This document shows positions 6,570 through 16,478 of a DNA stretch of 64,000 nt, one piece after another. Below the pieces are notes generated by a model that was not told the origin of the DNA, did no database searches, and saw only the letters and a list, made by a program, of their open reading frames with translations. The stretch is from an uncultured Bacteroidia bacterium (lineage in GTDB: Bacteria; Bacteroidota; Bacteroidia; Bacteroidales; F082): assembly GCA_902791165.1 (NCBI GenBank), contig CADAVB010000008.1:12512-76511 (forward strand), in the 5' to 3' direction. Each line of letters starts with the position of its first letter. Position 1 is the stretch's first letter. The translations under genes and the position numbers were made by a program.

Positions 6570-7778
6570 ATGAAAATAGCTTTAATCAAAGAAACAAAGA
6601 CCCCAGTTGACAACCGCGTGGCACTCGCCCCTAAACAGGTGGCTGAGTTGAACAGACAATTTCCGCAGCATCAGATTGTGCTGCAGTCCAGCGATATCCG
6701 CGCTTTCTCCGATGAAGAGTATCGGGCAGAGGGTGTTGAGGTGTTAAATGATGTCAGCGATGCCGACATCCTTTTCGGCATCAAGGAGGCCAAGATTGAA
6801 AGTTTGATTCCGAACAAGCATTATTTCTTCTTTGGCCATATTGCCAAGATGCAGGAATACAACCGTCCACTGCTGCAGGCATTCATTCAGAAGCATATCA
6901 CCTTCTGTGATTACGAATACCTTGTGGATGACAACAATGTCCGCGTTTGTGCCTTCGGTTGGTGGGCTGGCGTGGTGGGTGCCTATTACACCCTGCGCGG
7001 CTATGGCTTGAAGCACAAGCTTTATGAATTACCCAAGCCCGACCGCCGTTTCACCCTCGACCAGCTGCTGAATGCGCTGAAGAGTGTTGAGCTCCCCAAG
7101 GTGAAACTGATGGTGACAGGTGCAGGTCGTGTCTCTCAAGGAGCACAATATGTGTTGGATAACATCGGTGCCCATAAGATGAGCGAAGAAGAGTATCTTT
7201 CCTGTGATTCGGTGGACCATTTGTCCTATTGTTTCGCCGACGTTGACCGCCTGGTGAAACGCAAGGATGGTGGTGTCTTCTCGTGGAATGATTTCACGCA
7301 CAACGCAAAGGAATACGAAAGCGACTTCATGCGTTGGGCAAAGAAAACCGATGTGTTGGTATGCGCCCATTTCTGGGGACCGGAGGCGCCGGTTTACCTG
7401 AGCGAAGAGGATTTGCGTAACAAGGACATGCGCATCCGTATGATTGGCGATGTGACATGCGACATCAAGGGTAGCATCAAATCAACGGTTCGTCCTGCTA
7501 CACACGATGATCCCTATTATGATTATAACCCAATGACAGAACAGGACGAGCCTGCTTTCTCATCGCCTAATAGCATCTCCGTAATGGCAGTGGACACTTG
7601 CCCGAATGCTTTGGCGATGGATACCAGTGCTTATTTCGGTGAAATGTTGACAAAGCATGTGTTTGAGCCTTTGCTGAAGGGCGAACATTCCGAGGTGATT
7701 GGTCGTTCAATGATTCTGAAAGACGGTATGTTGACACCGAGATTTGATTATTTGACGGATTTTGCTGAAGGCAAATAA
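6570..7778 (+). CDS. Lysine-ketoglutarate reductase / saccharopine dehydrogenase (L-lysine-forming)-like, AlaDH/PNT family
   Basis: YFFFGHIAKMQEYNRPLL, VCAFGWWAGVVGAY and VTGAGRVSQGAQ parallel the LKR domain of AASS as I recall it (FFSHTIKAQEANMGLL, VAFGQWAGVAG, FTGTGNVSKGAQ). Confidence 0.75.
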   Translation: MKIALIKETKTPVDNRVALAPKQVAELNRQFPQHQIVLQSSDIRAFSDEEYRAEGVEVLNDVSDADILFGIKEAKIESLIPNKHYFFFGHIAKMQEYNRPLLQAFIQKHITFCDYEYLVDDNNVRVCAFGWWAGVVGAYYTLRGYGLKHKLYELPKPDRRFTLDQLLNALKSVELPKVKLMVTGAGRVSQGAQYVLDNIGAHKMSEEEYLSCDSVDHLSYCFADVDRLVKRKDGGVFSWNDFTHNAKEYESDFMRWAKKTDVLVCAHFWGPEAPVYLSEEDLRNKDMRIRMIGDVTCDIKGSIKSTVRPATHDDPYYDYNPMTEQDEPAFSSPNSISVMAVDTCPNALAMDTSAYFGEMLTKHVFEPLLKGEHSEVIGRSMILKDGMLTPRFDYLTDFAEGK

Positions 7779-7779
7779 A

Positions 7780-9258
7780 ATGGCTGCAAAAAACTTAAAA
7801 CAAAAAGCTGCATCTGGAATGGTGTGGACCGCCTTTCAGAAGTATTCCAAGATGATTATCCAATTCGTCTCGGGTATCATTTTGGCGCGTCTGCTTACAC
7901 CGTTCGATTATGGTTGCATTGGTATGCTGTCCATCTTTATGGTTTTGGCAGAAAACTTTATTGATGCAGGATTTGGTTCTGCATTGATACAAAAAAAAAG
8001 GCCTACCCAAGAGGATTATTCTACAGTTTTCTGGTGGAATCTAGGGGTAGCTTTTGTAATGTATACAGTTTTGTATTTCTGCGCACCTACTATTTCGCGA
8101 TTTTATGAGATTCCCTTGTTGTCTGATGTTTTGAGGGTAGAAGGTATAGTCTTGTTTATCTATTCGCTTAATATCATCCAACGTAATCAGCTTAAGAAAA
8201 AACTGAATTTTAAGCTGTTGTCGATTATTTCTGTTACTACATCCATTATTGCATTGTGTGTTACTATATTCATGGCTTATAAAGGTCTTGGTGTGTGGGC
8301 GTTAGTGGCACAGAATTTGATTATTGCGGCTATACCATCCTTAGTTTTTTGGTTCTATGTGAAATGGCGTCCTAAAATGGTTTTCTCATGGCGGTCGTTC
8401 AAAGAATTGTTTAGTTTTGGTTTTTATATGTTTCTTTCAAATCTTGTTAATAGTTTTTCGACCCAAGTGACAGGTTTGATTATTGGTAAAGTTTACAACG
8501 CTTCTACATTGGGTTATTATTCTAAAGCGCTTGGAACAGAGAAACTTGCTTCCCATTCCGTTTCTTCAATAATGACCCAAGTAACTTATCCTCTATACGC
8601 TGAAGTTCAAGACGATAAACCAGCACTAATTAACATGATTAAACGATTGTCCATGACTATATCATACATCACTTTTCCCATGATGTTTATTTTAATGTTA
8701 ATTGCGAAGCCGTTGTTCTTATTGCTCTATTCAGAAAAATGGATTCAAAGCATCCCATATTTTCAAGTATTGTGTATTGCTGGTTTGGCGGCTTGTTTGC
8801 AATCGGTAAATGCACAGACTATTTCGGCTATTGGTAAGAGTCGTACAATGTTTATTTGGACCTTTATCAAACGTATTATAGGCTTTACAGCTATGGTTGG
8901 TGGATTGATGTTGTTTGGGATGAAAGGATTGTTGATAGGGGTGATTATCAATGCATGGTTCGCGTATTTTGTCAATACCTCATTAGTGTCTAAACATATA
9001 GGTTATAAACAAGTACAACAATATTTAGACATTGCACCGGTTGCAGTGGCTTCTGTAATAATTGCAGGAATAACATATTTCGGCGTTGGTCTTTTGAATT
9101 TCAACCTATATATGGATGGACTCGTAAAACTAATTGTTTTTCTTGCGCTTTATTTAGGTTGGTCATTCGTTTTCAAACCCGAAGCATATACTTATTTCCT
9201 TACGATAATCCCAGCTCGTTTTCGTTTTTGGGAACGACATAGCAAAACAAAACAATAA
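7780..9258 (+). CDS. wzx: Polysaccharide flippase (Wzx, MOP superfamily)
   Basis: About 12 predicted TM segments and an N-terminal block (WTAFQKYSKMIIQFVSGIILARLLTPFDYG) typical of Wzx. ATG 7780 lies just after the upstream stop. Confidence 0.8.
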   Translation: MAAKNLKQKAASGMVWTAFQKYSKMIIQFVSGIILARLLTPFDYGCIGMLSIFMVLAENFIDAGFGSALIQKKRPTQEDYSTVFWWNLGVAFVMYTVLYFCAPTISRFYEIPLLSDVLRVEGIVLFIYSLNIIQRNQLKKKLNFKLLSIISVTTSIIALCVTIFMAYKGLGVWALVAQNLIIAAIPSLVFWFYVKWRPKMVFSWRSFKELFSFGFYMFLSNLVNSFSTQVTGLIIGKVYNASTLGYYSKALGTEKLASHSVSSIMTQVTYPLYAEVQDDKPALINMIKRLSMTISYITFPMMFILMLIAKPLFLLLYSEKWIQSIPYFQVLCIAGLAACLQSVNAQTISAIGKSRTMFIWTFIKRIIGFTAMVGGLMLFGMKGLLIGVIINAWFAYFVNTSLVSKHIGYKQVQQYLDIAPVAVASVIIAGITYFGVGLLNFNLYMDGLVKLIVFLALYLGWSFVFKPEAYTYFLTIIPARFRFWERHSKTKQ

Positions 9259-9272
9259 TAAACAGTACAGCT

Positions 9273-10004
9273 ATGAGTAATTTCATGGATTTATTAAAAT
9301 CAAATGTGACAAAAACCATTTGGTTCAACTTTAAAATGCTTCCTTGGAAACAAGCAATTCGTTTGCCTGTAGTGTTTTATGGAAGAGTCAGTTTTCGATC
9401 ATTGAAAGGGATAGTCTCTATAAAAGGTGGGGTATCAACAGGAATGATTAAAATTGGAGTGAATCAATATGTTGATACAGGAGTACCAGAGAGCATTTGG
9501 ATTATTGATGGCATAATGAAGTTTAATGGACCAATGAAAATGGCAAGAGGTTCCTATATTCATGTAGCAAAAAACGCTACATTGTCTATAGGTTCTGTTG
9601 GTACGTTCTTTGGATCTAATCTGCGAATCTTATGTTGGGATAAGATTACTTTTGGGAATAGTGTCAGAATTACATGGGATTGCCAGTTTTATGATACGAG
9701 TTTTCATTATATAGAATCGTTGGACCCCACCAAAGATATTAAATCTTTGACAAAACCCGTTTCAATAGGCGATAGAGTTTGGATAGGTAATCGAACAACA
9801 ATTTCTAAAGGAGCAATGATTCCAGACGATACCATTGTGGCATCGAATAGTTTGGTAAATAAGGATTTTTCTGATATAGGTCCATATTGTATGCTGGCAG
9901 GAATGCCAGCGGTGGTTAAAACTAAAGAGATTAGGAGGATCTTTGATGTCAAGAAACAAACTCAACTTGACAAACAATTTGGATACCAAAGGCATAAATT
10001 ATAA
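9273..10004 (+). CDS. Hexapeptide-repeat (left-handed beta-helix) acyl/acetyltransferase
   Basis: IGDRVWIGNRTTISKGAMIPDDTIVASNSLVNKD hexapeptide repeats. Confidence 0.7.
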   Translation: MSNFMDLLKSNVTKTIWFNFKMLPWKQAIRLPVVFYGRVSFRSLKGIVSIKGGVSTGMIKIGVNQYVDTGVPESIWIIDGIMKFNGPMKMARGSYIHVAKNATLSIGSVGTFFGSNLRILCWDKITFGNSVRITWDCQFYDTSFHYIESLDPTKDIKSLTKPVSIGDRVWIGNRTTISKGAMIPDDTIVASNSLVNKDFSDIGPYCMLAGMPAVVKTKEIRRIFDVKKQTQLDKQFGYQRHKL

Positions 10005-10018
10005 AAAACATATAATAT

Positions 10019-11083
10019 ATGAATTTATTCTTTTGTGGTGATATTATGCCAGGAGGTGTTTTGCCCTATCAAAGCAAATATATTACTCCAGAACTGCAGG
10101 ACTATATGCGAAGCTTTGATTTCCGTATCGGAACATTGGAAGCTGCTATTGGAACAAACATGCCGTATGATCCCGTTAAAATGGCAGGGAGGCAAAATAT
10201 CATCTATGCCCGAAATGAAGATTTTTCGAGAATCAAGGAGATGGGGTTTGATGTCGTTTCTTTAGCTAATAACCATGTATGGGATTTGGGCGAAGAAGGG
10301 TTGAAGAATACAATTGACATCATAAACCAAGCAAATATCAAATATTTAGGAGCGGGAATGAATGGAGATGCTGCTTCCAAACCTGTCATTTTGAATAAAG
10401 GTGGGGTGTGTGTCGCTATTTTTGCTTATTGTCTTGGGCCTAAATATTTAGGATATGTCGAGTTTGCAGGAAAAGACAAAGCTGGGACTAACCCTTTCGA
10501 CCTGGAAAAGGTGAAAGAAGAGATAAAAAATGCTAAAAAGGAGTATGAATATGTCATAGTAATGCCACATTGGGGGTTAGAGTATCACATGGAACCACGT
10601 CGAGAATGCATGTTTTTTGCTAAACAAATGATTATGGCTGGTGCAGATGCTGTGTTGGGTAGTCATCCCCACGTGGCTCAGCCTTGTGTCAAATACAAAC
10701 ATGGTTTCATCTGCTATAGTATGGGTAACTTTTTGTTCCCCGATTTTTATATGTATCCCCCTCGACCTATTTGGTATCCCGATTCATCAGTTGATTTGTC
10801 TCAAATCGAAGACATTTTCACTTATCCATATCCCATTGAAAAACCACAAAGAAGAGTTTGGAAAAAAACTTCACGATATGGATGCGTTGCACATGTGACA
10901 ATCGAAAAAGAATGCTTTGATGTGACGTACAAATATGTCAAATTATCTCAAGATAATGTTGTGGGACTGACCGATTTAGATAATGATGTTAGGAAATCAT
11001 TGTCTAAAGCAACATTGTTGTCCAAAAATAGCTTTATTCGGCGTCTTGTCTTCTTGAAAAGAAGAATGATAAATAAATATTAG
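10019..11083 (+). CDS. CapA-family protein (PGA_cap metallophosphatase-like), paralogue 1
   Basis: GDIMPGG, SLANNHVWDLGEEG, GAGMN, VMPHWGLEY, GADAVLGSHPHV and YSMGNFLFPD are CapA/PgsA signature blocks. Confidence 0.85.
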   Translation: MNLFFCGDIMPGGVLPYQSKYITPELQDYMRSFDFRIGTLEAAIGTNMPYDPVKMAGRQNIIYARNEDFSRIKEMGFDVVSLANNHVWDLGEEGLKNTIDIINQANIKYLGAGMNGDAASKPVILNKGGVCVAIFAYCLGPKYLGYVEFAGKDKAGTNPFDLEKVKEEIKNAKKEYEYVIVMPHWGLEYHMEPRRECMFFAKQMIMAGADAVLGSHPHVAQPCVKYKHGFICYSMGNFLFPDFYMYPPRPIWYPDSSVDLSQIEDIFTYPYPIEKPQRRVWKKTSRYGCVAHVTIEKECFDVTYKYVKLSQDNVVGLTDLDNDVRKSLSKATLLSKNSFIRRLVFLKRRMINKY

Positions 11084-11086
11084 ATT

Positions 11087-12223
11087 ATGAAAACCAATAA
11101 AATTCTGTTATTCATGGGAAGGATGTTCGGGAAGATAAGCTCAAAAGCTTTCTTTCTAAAGAATGTCTGTTTCCGCAAAGCATACGATTTGAAGGAATTG
11201 AAAACAAAGGACAAGCTTTCCAAAGGCAAACCCGTTGACAAAGCTGCGATTAAGCAAATATGGAATGGTATTCGTGTTAATGATATATGGAGCAGATATT
11301 ATAACGGAATAGAACGAGAAACAAATGATGCGTTTGACGCCAGATATATTCCGTTGGATATGGAAGCGTGTTTTATTGACGATTGGTTTAATAACACAAA
11401 TGCAGCCCTTGCAATTGATGATAAGAACATGTATGACATGTATTTTCATGATGTGAATATGCCTAAAACGGTTGGCCGTATTATCAATCGCACGTTTTTC
11501 GACGATAATTATCATCTGATTTCCATTGACTCCCTGATAGATCGTTGTTCGTTGGCAAAACATGTGATTATGAAACCTTCCATTGGTACAATGGCGGGGC
11601 ATGGCATCGTTTTTTGGAATGAGGAAGAAGGCTTGGACGTGTTGAAAAAGTTTTTGCAAGAGCATGACAATTATATTATTCAAGAGCTTATTCATCAACA
11701 TGAAGAAATCAACAAAATATATTCACAAAGTGTAAATTCAATTCGTATTGTCACCTGTAACTTCAAAGGGAAAACAGAAGTGTTGTCAGCGGTCATTCGT
11801 TTAGGCCAAGGGGGTAACAAATTGGATAATGCCAGTCAAGGAGGTCTGTTCTGTGGAATCAATGAAGATGGGACATTAAAGAAATTTGGATATTCAAAAT
11901 ATGGTGAAACATGCACAGTTCACCCGCAAGGAGCTGTGTTCGCCGATTGCCGCATCCCTAATTTTGATAAGTGTAAAGAACTCGTCATTGATTTGTCCAA
12001 TCGTTTTTTGAGGATTTCAAAACTGATTTCTTGGGATTTGGCTGTGGATGAGAACGGTGAACCGACAATCATTGAAGTTAATCTTTGCTATGGAGGTACG
12101 GACATTCACCAGATTGCCAACGGGCCGCTGTTTGGCGACAAAACTGAAGAAGTGCTGGATAGTGTTTTCAGAAAACAGAGGAAATACAGAGTTGCAAATA
12201 GAATATTAAGCATTTACGGATGA
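11087..12223 (+). CDS. Sugar-transfer-associated ATP-grasp ligase (ATPgrasp_ST family), paralogue 1
   Basis: SVNSIRIVT, RLGQGGNKLDNASQGGLFCGINEDG, HPQG, WDLAVDENGEPTIIEVN. Confidence 0.8.
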   Translation: MKTNKILLFMGRMFGKISSKAFFLKNVCFRKAYDLKELKTKDKLSKGKPVDKAAIKQIWNGIRVNDIWSRYYNGIERETNDAFDARYIPLDMEACFIDDWFNNTNAALAIDDKNMYDMYFHDVNMPKTVGRIINRTFFDDNYHLISIDSLIDRCSLAKHVIMKPSIGTMAGHGIVFWNEEEGLDVLKKFLQEHDNYIIQELIHQHEEINKIYSQSVNSIRIVTCNFKGKTEVLSAVIRLGQGGNKLDNASQGGLFCGINEDGTLKKFGYSKYGETCTVHPQGAVFADCRIPNFDKCKELVIDLSNRFLRISKLISWDLAVDENGEPTIIEVNLCYGGTDIHQIANGPLFGDKTEEVLDSVFRKQRKYRVANRILSIYG

Positions 12224-13329
12224 TACGTATTATTGGAGTCGGTGATATTATGCCTGGAGGACTTCTCCATGGTTCAGATCAACAATTTGTTTCAGATCAA
12301 GTGCTGTCTTTGTTGAATCAAGGGGATCTTCGAGTAGGTACCTTGGAATGTGCAATAGGGAACACACCTGATTTCATTGAAGAAAAGATGTCAAGATATG
12401 GAGACGTGGTGTATGTCCCTGACGCAGATTTGAAACGGATCAAGGAGCTGAATATGGATATGGTTAGTTTGGCAAACAATCATTTTTTTGATCTGAAGGT
12501 GTCTGGTGCCAACCATACCATTCAGTTGCTGGATGAATATGGTATTAAACATAGCGGTGCTGGGATGAATCTGGAAGAAGCCCGTAAACCTGCTGTTTTC
12601 AATATAAGAGGAAAATCCGTCGCAGTCTTGGCATTTTGTGATGTCCATAAGTATATGGGGTATATCCCAATTGCAAAAAGTAATTGTGCCGGCGTTAACC
12701 CCTTGGACGAAGCTTATGCGCTCGGTGAAATAAAGAATGCAAAAAAGCAATATGATTATGTGGTTGTGATGCCGCATTGGGGTAGGGAACACACCTTCGA
12801 GACAACCCTTTGGTGTTATCAAATGGCAAAGAAAATGTTCAAAGCAGGTGCAGATTTGGTTTTAGGCAGTCATCCTCACCGCGTACAAGCAGTCGTGAAT
12901 AAACATGGAAAATCTGTTGCTTATAGTATGGGCAATTTTTGTTTTCCGGACAGGTTGATAGCACCTCCTTTAAGATCCACCTATTATACAGAAGAAAGCA
13001 TCGAACTAGAAAAGCTTCCTGTAACATATAAATATCCTGCGGTTGAAGAGATTACTTATAAGAAATGGATCCCTTTGGCTCGATATGGCATGATTGTGTC
13101 AACCACAATCGACAACCATAGGATTGATTCAGAATTTCGTCTTACGCATATTGATGAAAACAACTTCATAGATTTCGCTGATCGCAATTCTGAGATAGAA
13201 AAAGGTTTGTCAAAATATCATTTTCTTTTAAACCATACGCCATATAGTTTTGTGTTACCTTTAAAAAACAAAGTAAGCTCTTTTGTAAGCCGGTTTTATT
13301 CCACCAAGCATAAAGAAAATAATAAGTAA
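12220..13329 (+). CDS. CapA-family protein, paralogue 2
   Basis: It has the same blocks as paralogue 1 (GDIMPGG, SLANNHFFDL, GAGMN, VMPHWGREH, GADLVLGSHPH, YSMGNFCFPD). ATGA overlap with the upstream gene. Confidence 0.85.
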   Translation: MIRIIGVGDIMPGGLLHGSDQQFVSDQVLSLLNQGDLRVGTLECAIGNTPDFIEEKMSRYGDVVYVPDADLKRIKELNMDMVSLANNHFFDLKVSGANHTIQLLDEYGIKHSGAGMNLEEARKPAVFNIRGKSVAVLAFCDVHKYMGYIPIAKSNCAGVNPLDEAYALGEIKNAKKQYDYVVVMPHWGREHTFETTLWCYQMAKKMFKAGADLVLGSHPHRVQAVVNKHGKSVAYSMGNFCFPDRLIAPPLRSTYYTEESIELEKLPVTYKYPAVEEITYKKWIPLARYGMIVSTTIDNHRIDSEFRLTHIDENNFIDFADRNSEIEKGLSKYHFLLNHTPYSFVLPLKNKVSSFVSRFYSTKHKENNK

Positions 13330-13342
13330 TTGAATTATAAAA

Positions 13343-14431
13343 ATGAAAAAACCACGTTCATTCTTAAGAACAATAAAATCTGCAAAAAAGGATTTCATGC
13401 TCCTTTACAAAACAGGGAGACATCAAGTTTTTTCCCGCTTCCGCAAATATAGAAAATTGCGTTCTTCAAAAAAAATGAAGATAGAAGAGTTTATAAACTA
13501 TGAAGAAGCATTGAAAGATAAAGAATTCTGTGAAACATTTTTGACTTTTAGAGAAGCGTGGGGCTATTGGAAGGTGTTGAACCCTTCTGGATATTATGCA
13601 TTGGCGAAGGATAAATATATCTCCCATTTGTTACTTGAAAAGGAAGGTGTTCCGACTCCCGAATTATATGCCTATTATCATCCGGAAAAGGGGAAATCTG
13701 GCTTTGAGGCGTTAAGAAAGGAGTTGGAGTCAAAAAATGTGCAATCATGTGTGGTCAAGCCTGCTGTTGACGGTGCTCATGGTGCAGGGGTTTTTGTGTG
13801 TAAAGAGCTGAATTATATGCAGGATGATATTATAATCACAAAATCCAAAGGGGAACAGTTATCATTACGCGATTTCTTCAAGAAAAACAAGTCTACATCG
13901 TGGCTGTTTGAAGAAATTGTGGTTCAAAGTGATCAAATTGGAAGGATTAATCGAAGTTCGGTGAATACGGTAAGGTTTATGACAGCACTTTATCCTGATG
14001 GGAGTGCAAAAGTGTTTGCTACATTTATGAAGATTGGACGTGCTGGCTCTGATGTTGATAATGCTGGAGGTGGAGGTAATGTGGATTGTGCAATTAATAT
14101 TGAAACAGGGGAATGCTATAATGCGCTTCAGTTCAATTCATATACCGATGTGAAAAAAGTTAACAACCATCCAGATTCTGGAGAAAAGATTAATGGAATA
14201 CACATTGAGAATTGGGAAGAAATCAAAAAACGTCTTTGCGATTACCAAGCTTATATTCCACAATTAAAAGCTATTGGATGGGATGTGGCTTTGACCGACA
14301 AAGGTCCAGTTATTATAGAAATAAACAATTACTGGGATACTACTGGTCAATTGTTCTTGGGTAGAGGCTGGAGAGAAGAGGTGAGGGATTGCTATCTTGC
14401 CTGGAAAGAATACTACGACAATAAAAAGTAA
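13343..14431 (+). CDS. Sugar-transfer-associated ATP-grasp ligase, paralogue 2
   Basis: SSVNTVRFMT, KIGRAGSDVDNAGGGGNVDCAINIETG, HPDSGEKI, GWDVALTDKGPVIIEINN. Confidence 0.8.
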   Translation: MKKPRSFLRTIKSAKKDFMLLYKTGRHQVFSRFRKYRKLRSSKKMKIEEFINYEEALKDKEFCETFLTFREAWGYWKVLNPSGYYALAKDKYISHLLLEKEGVPTPELYAYYHPEKGKSGFEALRKELESKNVQSCVVKPAVDGAHGAGVFVCKELNYMQDDIIITKSKGEQLSLRDFFKKNKSTSWLFEEIVVQSDQIGRINRSSVNTVRFMTALYPDGSAKVFATFMKIGRAGSDVDNAGGGGNVDCAINIETGECYNALQFNSYTDVKKVNNHPDSGEKINGIHIENWEEIKKRLCDYQAYIPQLKAIGWDVALTDKGPVIIEINNYWDTTGQLFLGRGWREEVRDCYLAWKEYYDNKK

Positions 14432-14435
14432 CATT

Positions 14436-15611
14436 ATGAGAAAGACAATAAATAGTCTTGGAGAAACTCGTTATGTAGAGTATCTCCGAATGAAAAATAG
14501 CTGTTATTTAAGATTTCGCAAACTTCTTCACATCATAAGGCATAAGTCGGATTATGTCAATGGTATTTCCTATTATCCAGAATGTGAACATAAATCGAAA
14601 TCTCAAATTCTGAAGGATCAATTACGTTTTGCATGGAAATATGGATATGTCGAGGACTATTATTATACCTACGGTTTCGATCGTAAAGAAATGACACAGG
14701 ATAAGATGGCATCATATATCACGCCATATTATCCATTCTTGCGTAAACTTGATCATTTGAACTTTCAAAATCCCTATTATGACGATTTTAATGGTAGAAT
14801 GACTTGTAGGGTCATTAATCAGGAGAAGTTTTACTTTTACTTGTTCTTAAGTCGTTTGGGAGTACCTACTCCGAAAGTGCTTTGTTTCATAAAAAACAGG
14901 ACCGTTTTGTACGCCAATGAATCCTTTAACATAGATAAGTCTTTGTCTGTGAAAGAACAATTACAGCGTCTTTTCACTAATGACATGGATGCATTTGCAA
15001 AGCCCTCCGATGGAATGTTGGGTAAAGGTATCTTTAAGCTACTCATTAAAGAGGGCAAAATATACATGGATGGAGTCCAACATTCAATGGAGGATTTGAT
15101 AGATGCCGTACTTTCGGCTGACTATCTCATTCAAGAAAGAATAGTCCAGCACGAAAAAATGTCGGCATTGTGTTCATCATCTGTGAACACCATTAGACTC
15201 CAAACCGTCATGGATAAAGATGGTAATGTTATACCTTTTGGGCCTGGAGTTAGAATTGGGCGTATGGGTAGTTCTGTAGATAACTGGGCATTGGGAGGCG
15301 TATTTGTCGGTATAGATGCGGAAACAGAAAAGTTGAAGGATATAGGCATCCTAAAACCCAAATACGGGACAAAAGTCACAGAGCATCCTGATACTCATAT
15401 TGTTTTTAAAGGATACGATATTCCATATTATAAAGAAGCTGAAAATATGGTTGTTAAATTGCACAAAGTGATGTTTCGTAGCCATTCGATAGGTTGGGAT
15501 ATTGCTATTACCAAAAACGGTCCTGTCATCATAGAGGGAAACGACAGGTGGGAGATTTCGTTAATACAGGCCGTTCATGGTGGTATGCGATATTTGTTGA
15601 AGTATTTCTAA
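14436..15611 (+). CDS. Sugar-transfer-associated ATP-grasp ligase, paralogue 3
   Basis: SSVNTIRLQT, RIGRMGSSVDNWALGGVFVGIDAETE, HPDTH, GWDIAITKNGPVIIEGN. ATG 14436 is preferred over the upstream non-ATG start in the track. Confidence 0.8.
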   Translation: MRKTINSLGETRYVEYLRMKNSCYLRFRKLLHIIRHKSDYVNGISYYPECEHKSKSQILKDQLRFAWKYGYVEDYYYTYGFDRKEMTQDKMASYITPYYPFLRKLDHLNFQNPYYDDFNGRMTCRVINQEKFYFYLFLSRLGVPTPKVLCFIKNRTVLYANESFNIDKSLSVKEQLQRLFTNDMDAFAKPSDGMLGKGIFKLLIKEGKIYMDGVQHSMEDLIDAVLSADYLIQERIVQHEKMSALCSSSVNTIRLQTVMDKDGNVIPFGPGVRIGRMGSSVDNWALGGVFVGIDAETEKLKDIGILKPKYGTKVTEHPDTHIVFKGYDIPYYKEAENMVVKLHKVMFRSHSIGWDIAITKNGPVIIEGNDRWEISLIQAVHGGMRYLLKYF

Positions 15612-15644
15612 TTGGATCACGATTATTATTATTTATCCTTGAAT

Positions 15645-16463
15645 ATGATGCGTATTATAATAAATGCTGATGATTTCGGAAAGAGTCCTATACGAAACAA
15701 GGCCATTGATGATGCATTTAAACAAGGGATGGTCTCTTCTGTTGGTACTATTGTGACAGGTAAATATTTTCAAGATGCTATAAATAAAGCAGATAAAGGG
15801 GGGTATTTAGATAAGTTGCATTTGCATTTCAATTTTGCAGCCAATTCATTGCAAGAAAAATCAGAAGATGCACCTTTGACAGAAGCCATGAAAAAAGATT
15901 CCGTTTTCAGTAAAGAAGGAAAGTTTAAAGAATACAAAGGATTGTCGAAAAGAATATCTGACATCAGAAAATGGAGAGTCGTGTATAATGAAATGGTTGC
16001 TCAATATAACTTTTTCAAAGAAGCGACCAAGGGAAAGGCAGATTACAAACACATCGATTTTCATTTATGGTATAACCTGACAGGAGCAGCCTCGATTGCA
16101 TTGAATCTTTTCACAAGGAAATATAAAATAGATTCAGTTCGATATTGGCCTATCTCTTATTGGAAGAAAAGAAGGTATAGATTATTCCGTGTTCTAGGTT
16201 GGAATCCTCGTGTAAAAAGTATTCCGGCTTGTAGTATCTTTTATTTTCTAACGAAAAGGCAATCGCTTTCTAATTATAAAATTGTTGAATTGTTTTGTCA
16301 CCCAAATTATAAAGATGGGATGTTTATTGATGACACGCCATCGTATTTATACAAAGATAGACGTCCAATGCAGACACAAATTACAGAGTTGAGAGGTTTG
16401 GAGTGTGTCGAATTTGTTTCATGGGAAGAAGTTTACTGTTGTGTAACTGACCCTAAACAATAA
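15645..16463 (+). CDS. YdjC/ChbG-family carbohydrate deacetylase
   Basis: MRIIINADDFGKSPIRNKAIDDAFKQGMVSSVGTIV is the canonical YdjC N-terminus (ADDFG). An internal ATG is preferred as the start. Confidence 0.75.
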   Translation: MMRIIINADDFGKSPIRNKAIDDAFKQGMVSSVGTIVTGKYFQDAINKADKGGYLDKLHLHFNFAANSLQEKSEDAPLTEAMKKDSVFSKEGKFKEYKGLSKRISDIRKWRVVYNEMVAQYNFFKEATKGKADYKHIDFHLWYNLTGAASIALNLFTRKYKIDSVRYWPISYWKKRRYRLFRVLGWNPRVKSIPACSIFYFLTKRQSLSNYKIVELFCHPNYKDGMFIDDTPSYLYKDRRPMQTQITELRGLECVEFVSWEEVYCCVTDPKQ

Positions 16464-16478
16464 TAAAACAAATAAGTA

